A DNA stretch of 63,127 nt, counting the filler, from Octopus bimaculoides (taxonomy: Eukaryota): the NCBI RefSeq assembly GCF_001194135.2. It is 5 parts of 5 records of this genome, joined end to end, with 100 filler letters (N's around TTAATTAATTAA, not from the genome) between each part and the next. Parts side by side here need not be neighbours in the genome. Positions count along the whole stretch, not along the records: positions 1 to 14,687 come from NC_069010.1; 4 more parts are not named here. One strand, 5' to 3'. Below, piece after piece: positions 1 through 10,384 of this stretch. Numbering within the stretch: the stretch's first letter is position 1; each line of letters starts with the position of its first letter. The notes under the pieces were generated by a model, which was not told the DNA's origin, did no database searches, and worked only from the letters and a program-made list of their open reading frames with translations. Both the position numbers and the translations under genes were made by a program.

Positions 1-133
1 CTCCAATCTGATCTGGCAGAGTTTCTAACAGCTGGATGCCCTTCCTAACGCCAACCACTCAGAGACTGTAGTAGGTGCTTTTACGTGCCACCCGCACGAA
101 GGCCAGTCAGGCAGTACTGGCAACGGCCACACT

Positions 134-164
<31 letters not shown>

Positions 165-375
165 CATCATCATCGTTTAACGTCTGCTTTCCATGCTAGT
201 ATGGGTTGGACGATTTGACTGAGGACTGGTGAAACCAGATGGCAACACCAGGCTCCAATCTGATCTGGCAGAGTTTCTACAGCTGGATGCCCTTCCTAAT
301 GCCAACCACTCAGAGAGTGTAGTGGGTGCTTTTATGTGTCACCCGCACGAAGGCCAGTCAGGCGGTTCTGGCAAA
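1..375 (-). mobile_element. Two tandem repeat family C copies
   Basis: Two reverse-strand matches separated by (AT)n and the CATCATCATCG tail of the second. Confidence 0.8.
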
Positions 376-661
376 GGTATAAAACAAATACTTGGTACAA
401 ATTGTGATTTGTGTATGAGCTATATCAAAGAATGAAACATGTTCTTAACGCGTATGCAGTCTGTATCAAACGGATTTCAATGAAATTTTTTTTCAATTGT
501 TATTTAGGTCAAAATAATAGTATCTGTGAATTTCCAGGCAATTTCAATCGCTAGAAAAATTTCGGCAGGAATGGGTTAAACTGGGCAAAAATGCTACAGA
601 AATTTATGAAATACTCCAGGCTAATTATGCTCCAGTCTGCCCTTGTGGGCAGTAAAGAAAT

Positions 662-790
662 AAGAAGCTTGCATGGTTCTGGGTTCAGTTCCACTCTGTG
701 GCACTTAGAGCAAGTGTCTTTTATTATTGCCTTGAGCCAACCAAAACCTTGTGAGTGGATTTGGTAGACAGAAACTGTAAGAAGCCTGTC

Positions 791-853
<63 letters not shown>

Positions 854-1081
854 CACACACATGTATATATATTTATGTGTGTGTGTCTTTGTTTGTCCCC
901 CCCCCCTCCACAGTCGCTTGACAACCAGTGTTGGTGTGTTTATGTCCCTATAGCTTAGTGATTCAGCAAAAAGACTGATAGAATAAGTACTGGGGTTTGA
1001 ATTCTTTGACTAAAACCCTTCAAGGTGGTGCTCCATCTTGGTCACAGTCAAATAACCGAAACATGTAAACGAATGAAAGAA
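662..1081 (+). mobile_element. SINE family A copy
   Basis: Same head, microsatellite core and tail as 12792-13241. Confidence 0.8.
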
Positions 1082-1989
1082 CGTATTAATATCTGGTCAA
1101 AATTTTTTTTCCACTCTGACCTGTGGCTTGGTCACTGACACATTTTCAACAAAAAAGAAAACTATTATTCTTAATCCAGATCATAGGAATATAACAAAAC
1201 ACTACTTAGGGAGATTCAGTGTGACACAGAGTCAGACAAGGCTGGCCCCTTTGAAATACAGGTACTACTCACTTTTGTCAGCTGAGTGTACCAGAGCAAC
1301 ATGAGATAAAGTATCTTGCTCAAGGATACAACGTATCACCAGGAATTGAACTCATGACCTTACAATTGCGAGCCAAATGCCCTAACCACTAAGCCATGTA
1401 CCTTCAGTGACTTGCTGTGGGATTGAACCTGAAACCATGTGTTTAGGAAGCACATTTCTTAGTCACTCAGTCACACCTGTGTCACACCACCATACTCCAT
1501 AGATGTACCTAAAAAACAGAAAATGACTGATGTACAACCACCTGTGGACACACACAAATATAACCAAAGACTAAAAATGAAAAAAAATAATTGCTGACTA
1601 TAGGAAAAGCAAAAATCTCAGCTAGATGTTAATTATGTTAAGCAAATGGAAACGAGCAACAGGTGAGAAGGCGGCATTAATTAAAGCTTTCAGAAACAGA
1701 ACACTAAATGCATAACGACAATCTGTTACCTAATGCTAGTAACGGACTAATGATAATCCTGTCTCCTATGGTTGAAAGACCTGGAGTTTTGTGGAAGGGG
1801 GGATAAACATCGAACCCTCCCCCAGTAGTGAACTGGTACTTATGTTATCAACCCTGAAAGGATGTAAAGGTTAAGCCTACCTTGGTGGCATTTGAACTCG
1901 GAACATAAAACTGGAAAAAATGCTGCAAGCCATTTCGTCTGGCATGCTAACGATTCTACCAGTTCACCACCATAGTAATAATAATAATG

Positions 1990-2043
<54 letters not shown>

Positions 2044-3304
2044 GTATAAGAAAGTGGATAGAGTGAAGGCCTTATAGAGTGTAGATAGAACTGGGTAATG
2101 TAGCGACTAATATGTATTCAAAAACAGTAAGAGAAANNNNNNNNNNNNNNNNNNNNNNNNNNNNNNNNNNNNNNNNNNNNNNNNNNNNNNNNNNNNNNNN
2201 NNNNNNNNNNNNNNNNNNNNNNNNNNNNNNNNNNNNNNNNNNNNNNNNNNNNNNNNNNNNNNNNNNNNNNNNNNNNNNNNNNNNNNNNNNNNNNNNNNNN
2301 NNNNNNNNNNNNNNNNNNNNNNNNNNNNNNNNNNNNNNNNNNNNNNNNNNNNNNNNNNNNNNNNNNNNNNNNNNNNNNNNNNNNNNNNNNNNNNNNNNNN
2401 NNNNNNNNNNNNNNNNNNNNNNNNNNNNNNNNNNNNNNNNNNNNNNNNNNNNNNNNNNNNNNNNNNNNNNNNNNNNNNNNNNNNNNNGCCGGTGGCACGT
2501 AAAAGCACCCGCTACACTCTCGGAGTGGTTGGCGTTAGGAAGAGCATCCATCTGTAGAAACTCTGCCAGATCAGATTGGAGCCTGGTGTAGCCATCTGGT
2601 TCACCAGTCCTCAGTCAAATCGTCCAACCTATCGGACGTTAAACGATGATGATATATATATTACATATATTGTATATATATACATGTATATATGTATACA
2701 TGTGTGTTTGTGTATGTGTGTGTGTGTGCGTGTGTGTGTTTTGGAAATGATCCCAAAGGGAACAATGCCTTGTGTCATAATCAAAAATGCTGCCATTTCA
2801 AAAAGTAAAGTTCCTGAAACGATAACCGAAGAGAATGTAAAAAAAATCGAAAAAAGTTCTGAAAACTAATTTGTATTTTTGAAAGCTTTTTTTAATGTGA
2901 GAAACTAATTAAAATAGATAATTGGCACAGATAATTTAGCCAGAAGAATGTAGTGCTTGTGTCAGAGAAAGTGGATAGAGTGAAGACCTTATTGAGTGTA
3001 GATAGAACTGGGTAGTGTAGCGACTAATATGTATTCAAAGACAGTAAGAGAAAGCAGTGTGGTGGAATGTGTTGTTGGTAATGAGATGACCCACCCAAAT
3101 TATTTGCTACATGTTAAAATAATGTAAATCCTTATCACTTCCACATGGCTGAATGTAATTTGCCTTTCATTTACATGTGATTTGCAACAGATGTTAGCGA
3201 TTTTAATCCTTTATGGTTTGGATGTGGGGTTTTTTTTTTTGTTTATATGTTTAGGATTTTGATGTTTTGATTTTTTGGTGGATTTCAGTGTTTGTGATTT
3301 AATC

Positions 3305-3595
3305 TCCACAGACACGTGTACTTTTAACGTAGTTCTCGGGGATATTCAGCGTGACACAGAGTGTGACAAGGCTGACCCTTTTGAATTACAGGCACAACAG
3401 AAACAGGAAGTAAAGAGTGAGAGAAAGTTGTGGTGAAAGAGTACAGCAGGGTTCGCCACCATCCCCTGCTGGAGCCTCGTGGAGCTTTAAGTGTTTTCGC
3501 TCAATAAACACTCACAACGCCCGGTCTGGGAATCGAAACCGCGATCCTATGACCGCGAGTCCGCTGCCCTAACCACTGGGCCATTGCGCCTCCAC
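3305..3595 (-). mobile_element. tRNA-derived SINE family D, near full-length
   Basis: Head GAGGCGCAATGGCCCAGTGGTTAGGGCAGCGGACTCGCGG...GGTTTCGATTCCC (boxes A and B). Related pieces at ~1205-1405, 17405-17560, 43633-43880, 58945-59115. Confidence 0.85.
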
Positions 3596-6500
3596 ATTTA
3601 TGGGACGACCCAATATATAATGAGCATCTTTCAGTTTCCTTCTACCAAATCCACTTTGGTGAGACAGGGTCTATAGTAGAATACACTTGGCCAAGGACTG
3701 AACTTGGAACCACGTGATTGGGAAGCAAAATTTTCCACACAGTCATGCCTGTAGATAAGTAATTTTTAATTTATTTTTAATTTGCTGATGTAAAATGGGA
3801 TATGTAATTATGAAATTAAACAAGTGCTATATTGGCTGATGAAAATCAATTATTGGAAAACATCAGAATTTTGGCACCAATAACCTACACACCAACCACA
3901 TTAGAGTAAATATAGATGAATTGAAAAGAGATATTTTAATCAATTTAGTAAAAATAATGCAAAAGAAAAACGACTTTTGAGAAAAAAAATATATAATTAT
4001 GACCTATAAATTAGTCACAAATCTTGCAGTTTTGAGAAACAAGATACAATTATGGTTTCTAAACCAGACACAACTCCAGCAATATTGAGAAACAGGCTAC
4101 GAATATGATTTCTAAATCAGACACAACTAATGTTTCTGTCAGTTTTTCAACTGATGAACCGAGAAACACACACGCATATACATACACAAATACATATATA
4201 CATATACACACAGAATACAGTCACACACACACATACACACATAATATTTATCAATTATTTTAAAACATTTTAATTATTCCTTAATTGAACTCCTAAGGGG
4301 GATGTAAACAGACCAACACTGGTTGTAAAGTAGTGGTGATGGAACAAACATAAACAATACCTACATTTATGTATACACACATGCACCCAAATATACACAC
4401 ACATTGGTATATGCAATATTTTGTATAGTTATTTTTCTAAAACATTTTAATCATTAATTTTTCTATAAATTAAAATCGTTTAGCTTTGGGTAATTATCCT
4501 AGTTTTTTTGTTTTTTTTCCTTTTAGTAAACTAAAAATTAAAAAAAAAAAACAAGCAAAAAAAACCGTTGCCATGATGTTACGTCTGACATTTAAGAATC
4601 AATAGAATATAACCACAGGAGAAAGAAAATATATCTCACATATAATGAAATGCAATGAGTTTCACACTCTGGCCACATCGGTAGAGAGAAAGTAAAACAG
4701 AGTAGGAGTGAGCTATTGTCAGAGATGCTAAATGCAGGTGAACTGTAGTGANNNNNNNNNNNNNNNNNNNNNNNNNNNNNNNNNNNNNNNNNNNNNNNNN
4801 NNNNNNNNNNNNNNNNNNNNNNNNNNNNNNNNNNNNNNNNNNNNNNNNNNNNNNNNNNNNNNNNNNNNNNNNNNNNNNNNNNNNNNNNNNNNNNNNNNNN
4901 NNNNNNNNNNNNNNNNNNNNNNNNNNNNNNNNNNNNNNNNNNNNNNNNNNNNNNNNNNNNNNNNNNNNNNNNNNNNNNNNNNNNNNNNNNNNNNNNNNNN
5001 NNNNNNNNNNNNNNNNNNNNNNNNNNNNNNNNNNNNNNNNNNNNNNNNNNNNNNNNNNNNNNNNNNNNNNNNNNNNNNNNNNNNNNNNNNNNNNNNNNNN
5101 NNNNNNNNNNNNNNNNNNNNNNNNNNNNNNNNNNNNNNNNNNNNNNNNNNNNNNNNNNNNNNNNNNNNNNNNNNNNNNNNNNNNNNNNNNNNNNNNNNNN
5201 NNNNNNNNNNNNNNNNNNNNNNNNNNNNNNNNNNNNNNNNNNNNNNNNNNNNNNNNNNNNNNNNNNNNNNNNNNNNNNNNNNNNNNNNNNNNNNNNNNNN
5301 NNNNNNNNNNNNNNNNNNNNNNNNNNNNNNNNNNNNNNNNNNNNNNNNNNNNNNNNNNNNNNNNNNNNNNNNNNNNNNNNNNNNNNNNNNNNNNNNNNNN
5401 NNNNNNNNNNNNNNNNNNNNNNNNNNNNNNNNNNNNNNNNNNNNNNNNNNNNNNNNNNNNNNNNNNNNNNNNNNNNNNNNNNNNNNNNNNNNNNNNNNNN
5501 NNNNNNNNNNNNNNNNNNNNNNNNNNNNNNNNNNNNNNNNNNNNNNNNNNNNNNNNNNNNNNNNNNNNNNNNNNNNNNNNNNNNNNNNNNNNNNNNNNNN
5601 NNNNNNNNNNNNNNNNNNNNNNNNNNNNNNNNNNNNNNNNNNNNNNNNNNNNNNNNNNNNNNNNNNNNNNNNNNNNNNNNNNNNCACAGAGGCACACACG
5701 CACACATATATATTTCTCGTAATTATTTTTGAAACATTAGATTCATAAAATTATTCTTTAAATTAAAATCATTTAAGCCTCAGCTGTATATTGTATATTG
5801 TTTTTGCTTTTTATTAAACTAAGAATTAAAATAAAAACAGAGCCACGGTGCTCCTGATATTGAGAAAAGGTATTGGAAATATCCACAGGTGAAAAAGAAG
5901 ACAGATACAAAAAAAAAATGTTAAATGTTTGTAAAACTACAAAAAAAGAAAATTTTAATATTTATTTTATTTCATTCTTTTAGAAAACATTGCGGTATTG
6001 GACGACTGATATTTGCTAAGAAGGAAAAAAAAAAATTAAAAAATTGAAATATAAAATTAACTGAAGGTTAAAAATATATGTAAAACGAAAATATATAACA
6101 AAGTGATAATTAATGAAAATTCTAATTATTGCTGCTACAATCCATACAAGATTACACGAAAGACGTGTCGCTTTCAATCTTTTAGCATTTATTCATGAAG
6201 ATTCTCTAAAAAATTTTTAAAATGTAGCTAATTCATAGAAAAGTCATAGGAAAATTGTTCTGTTATTCCGTTATTTTGTTATTTGTTTATCCTATATTCT
6301 TTTCCTGGAATTTTTTTATTGGATTGTGGTTGTGCTGGTACAGTGACATTTCAAGTGCCACATAAAATGCATTGGTGTTGGTGCTGGTGCCATGATAAAA
6401 GCACTGGTGTCTGTCAACGCTTTCTCCCTATAGATACAGACAGACATACAGAGAGAGAGAGAGAGGCGGAGGGTGAAAGAGCAACAGAGAGATGGCGAAG

Positions 6501-6984
6501 ACGGAGAGGGAAACAGAGAGAGAGTGGAAGCTGTCAAACGTCGTTGAAGGGGAGGGAGGAAAGAAAGAGATTGAGGGAGAAAGGGTGATAGCCGAAAGAG
6601 AGAAACAACAAGCACTTGTCAAAGTCCCTTTAAAGACGAGGAATTTTGCCCTAGTGGCCCCACCTTTCAATGGAGCAAACAGAAATTTGCCAATCATACT
6701 CGGCAGCATGTTCTCCCCAGGTGTGCAATTTTTCAACTCAATCCGACCCCGTTTACTAGCACTTTTTCCCAGCACAACTGCACATGAGACAACGTCCACC
6801 CTTTTCACAAATATATAATATATATATATCGATCTAATTATAAATCTGACAGAGAGAATTAAGTCGCAGTGTTACGATAAAGCAGTTGTATACTGTCAAG
6901 TTAATGTGACAGTCCCTTACAATACCCGTATCAAAAGTGGGTAAGACCAATGTCCATCCTCTCTAACTCCTACTTAGATTTGTT

Positions 6985-7200
6985 TCGACCAAAGATTGGT
7001 CCAGGCCATGTCTAACTTAATAGCACCACCTGATAGGATTATCTAAATCCTTTTTACAGTCAAGTTTGGTCTCTGGTCCATTCAAGTAGTGAGTTCTTCT
7101 TGAGTGAGCTGTATCCAGGTATGTGTGGCTTGTCTGGTATTCCTTAAAGAAATCTGTCTAGACTCCGTTTAAAGCTGATTGGATCCTTTTCCTCTTTTAT
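6985..7200 (-). mobile_element. CR1-like LINE 3' fragment
   Basis: FKRSLDRFL.GIPDKPHIPGYSSLKKNSLLEW, followed by a GGTGGTGCT...CATGGCC-type tail. Confidence 0.7.
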
Positions 7201-7559
7201 CTGTTTCGGGACAATGAATTAATTACAGATATTCTATTGACATTCAATAATTTATTTATATTACAATATTACATTACATACTATAAATATAACAATAACA
7301 TAGCATAATATTATATGAATAATTATAAAAACCGTATAAGTCCAACTTTGACTTATATATATATATATTTTTTCTGATATACATAATCACAGTTCAATTA
7401 TATGTAAGTCACTTCAGACTCAATTGTTTCAGAAAGACGAAATCCCGTCTGGAAAGGACGGCTGCATTGGAAAAATTCATTCAAATTTCTGTATTATGAG
7501 CGTGAGTGTTAATTACTCAATCTTACATCAATTACAATAAAAAAAACAACAAAAAGATT

Positions 7560-7866
7560 GGTACTACAAAAGCAGAGTGGTCCCGAACGCGCACCCACGC
7601 AGCCGCGCGTCCGCGCTAGCTAGTCGTGAGTGGTCGATCCTACAAAAAGTGCGCGTGCGCAAGTTGTGGGGTGTGCGTGTGTAAATGAATACATGTGTTT
7701 AGGGTTAGGGTTAGGGATAGGGATAGGGTTAGGGTTAGGGTTAGGGATAGGGTTAGGGTTAGGGATAGGGTTAGGGATAGGGTTAGGATCGACCACTCAC
7801 GACTAGCTAGCGCGGACGTGTGACCGCGCGACTGCGCGTTCGGGACCACTCTGCTTTAGTAGTACC
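7560..7866. mobile_element. Mutator/foldback-like MITE with a telomeric-repeat core
   Basis: 83-bp TIRs (7560-7642 and 7784-7866, GGTACTAC...GTAGTACC), perfect 9-bp TSD AAAAAGATT (7551-7559, 7867-7875), 14 hexamers inside (9 TTAGGG + 5 ATAGGG, 7699-7782). Confidence 0.85.
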
Positions 7867-8278
7867 AAAAAGATTTCAACAGATGATACAATCAAGTAAT
7901 CGCAATCCACAACTATCGAAATTCACTTCATTATATTTTAAACATAGCAATTGAAACCATTCTATGTCTAAGATAGTCTCTTGACATCATAACATATATA
8001 CACGTTTGTGTGTATTCTCAGGTGAAATGATGCAGACAACACTGTTTCCCATTAGAGAAAAGATATTTTCATTAAGCAAATATAATAGATTTCGTTAACC
8101 CGTTTCGTCTTGTTTAAATCTTTGGTTCTTAAATTCTTTTCTTTTATCTTTCATTGAGTTTCAAATATTTGTTTGCAGTGTGTAAATCTTATTATCGACA
8201 GGTATAATAGGAATTCTAAGCATGTTTAATCAGTGAACAATGTGGACATTACATTGGTTTATGTGTTTGGATACACAG

Positions 8279-8315
<37 letters not shown>

Positions 8316-9206
8316 NNNNNNNNNNNNNNNNNNNNNNNNNNNNNNNNNNNNNNNNNNNNNNNNNNNNNNNNNNNNNNNNNNNNNNNNNNNNNNNNNNNNN
8401 NNNNNNNNNNNNNNNNNNNNNNNNNNNNNNNNNNNNNNNNNNNNNNNNNNNNNNNNNNNNNNNNNNNNNNNNNNNNNNNNNNNNNNNNNNNNNNNNNNNN
8501 NNNNNNNNNNNNNNNNNNNNNNNNNNNNNNNNNNNNNNNNNNNNNNNNNNNNNNNNNNNNNNNNNNNNNNNNNNNNNNNNNNNNNNNNNNNNNNNNNNNN
8601 NNNNNNNNNNNNNNNNNNNNNNNNNNNNNNNNNNNNNNNNNNNNNNNNNNNNNNNNNNNNNNNNNNNNNNNNNNNNNNNNNNNNNNNNNNNNNNNNNNNN
8701 NNNNNNNNNNNNNNNNNNNNNNNNNNNNNNNNNNNNNNNNNNNNNNNNNNNNNNNNNNNNNNNNNNNNNNNNNNNNNNNNNNNNNNNNNNNNNNNNNNNN
8801 NNNNNNNNNNNNNNNNNNNNNNNNNNNNNNNNNNNNNNNNNNNNNNNNNNNNNNNNNNNNNNNNNNNNNNNNNNNNNNNNNNNNNNNNNNNNNNNNNNNN
8901 NNNNNNNNNNNNNNNNNNNNNNNNNNNNNNNNNNNNNNNNNNNNNNNNNNNNNNNNNNNNNNNNNNNNNNNNNNNNNNNNNNNNNNNNNNNNNNNNNNNN
9001 NNNNNNNNNNNNNNNNNNNNNNNNNNNNNNNNNNNNNNNNNNNNNNNNNNNNNNNNNNNNNNNNNNNNNNNNNNNNNNNNNNNNNNNNNNNNNNNNNNNN
9101 NNNNNNNNNNNNNNNNNNNNNNNNNNNNNNNNNNNNNNNNNNNNNNNNNNNNNNNNNNNNNNNNNNNNNNNNNNNNNNNNNNNNNNNNNNNNNNNNNNNN
9201 NNNNNN

Positions 9207-9266
9207 GTCAGGTGTCTTGAGGCTACTAACCCCAAGGTTCCGAGTTCGATTCACGGCAGCGACCTG

Positions 9267-9297
<31 letters not shown>

Positions 9298-9472
9298 TAA
9301 TAATAATAATAATAATAGTAACATCGATAGGAATGAGAACCCAGGTTCGAAATTTCCCCAAGACACCTGACGAAGGCTGGAGGGTATATCAGCCGAAACG
9401 TTGTGTTAACAACAAACAAGATGAGGACGAATATCCGTCAAATGTAGATAATGTAAATAATGTAAATGATGT
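9207..9472 (+). mobile_element. tRNA-headed SINE-like element carrying the hammerhead; 5' end lost in a gap
   Basis: Box B-like GAGTTCGATTC (9242-9252), (TAA)n spacer, body with the HHR, and a tail of AATGTAAAT-like 9-mer repeats. Confidence 0.65.
9362..9407 (+). ncRNA. Minimal type I hammerhead ribozyme motif (Penelope-LTR style, palindromic helix III)
   Basis: GACAC-CUGACGA-A-GGCUG(GAGGGUAUAU)CAGCC-GAAA-C-GUU-GUGUU. Helix I GACAC/GUGUU, intact core, 5-bp helix II, AACGUU palindrome, predicted cleavage after U9402. Confidence 0.75.
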
Positions 9473-10088
9473 ACTTCATTAACCAAATCCCTTAAGATGG
9501 TATACTCTGCTTTGAGTTTTGCAGAATCTTTTTATTCACAGTTATCTAAATCACATCAAACCCACGATAAGCCAGCTGCAGACCCATAATCTCTAGCCAA
9601 AGATATTCTATTTCACAAACGTTAAGGAAATAAAATCAGTTCTTTAAACAGTGATCAATTTTACTATAAAATAAAGAAAAACAACCCCAACTGTTTTAAT
9701 TCTAATTCAGACGTGTTTGAATTTCAAAATAGATTCCCTATTTAGAAGTCTGTATATTTCGTAACCTACTTTGCATTCACTGTAACCCTGCTACGAGAGA
9801 ATGAATCAATTAATTGTATAGAGGTACATACAGACACACAGGTATATATATAGAACTGCTAAAATATAATTATAAGAAGTACATAATATTCATTAAATAT
9901 TTCTTTACGTGTATGTATATATATGTTTAAATGCCACATCTCATAATTAGATGTGGGTGTGTTTGTGTTTGTGTGCGTATGTGTGTGCGCGCCTGTGTGT
10001 GGATGTCTATAAATGCACAATTGTAACTTCTACATTTCCTAATTAAAGATTTATGTGTGTATATATACGTGTGTGTGTTTGTATTTAC

Positions 10089-10139
<51 letters not shown>

Positions 10140-10318
10140 CTAGCTTTCATAATTTATGTGGTATACACACACACACACACATATATATGTATACAAGCAA
10201 ATATCTGTGAAGATATCATTGACTTTATTATTCAGTGTAACAATTTTGGTAATTAAAATAAGAGTTTTGACTGTTATTTCCAGCAGGTAGACATACTTAG
10301 TATGTCCTTTGATTGAAT

Positions 10319-10384
<66 letters not shown>

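Noticed and set aside
4600-5900. TGERKY / TGEK strings suggesting C2H2 zinc-finger linkers
   Set aside because: No C-x2-C...H-x3-H spacing, and the frames are interrupted.
6428-6818. Overlapping 108-126 aa ORFs on both strands
   Set aside because: About half is GA-rich low complexity, the remainder has no recognisable domain, and there are no convincing splice sites.
7060-7118. Plus-strand exon-like segment (ttttacag|...CAG|gtatgt, QVWSLVHSSSEFFLSELYP)
   Set aside because: The opposite strand is clearly a CR1-like LINE C-terminus, so the splice signals are probably fortuitous.
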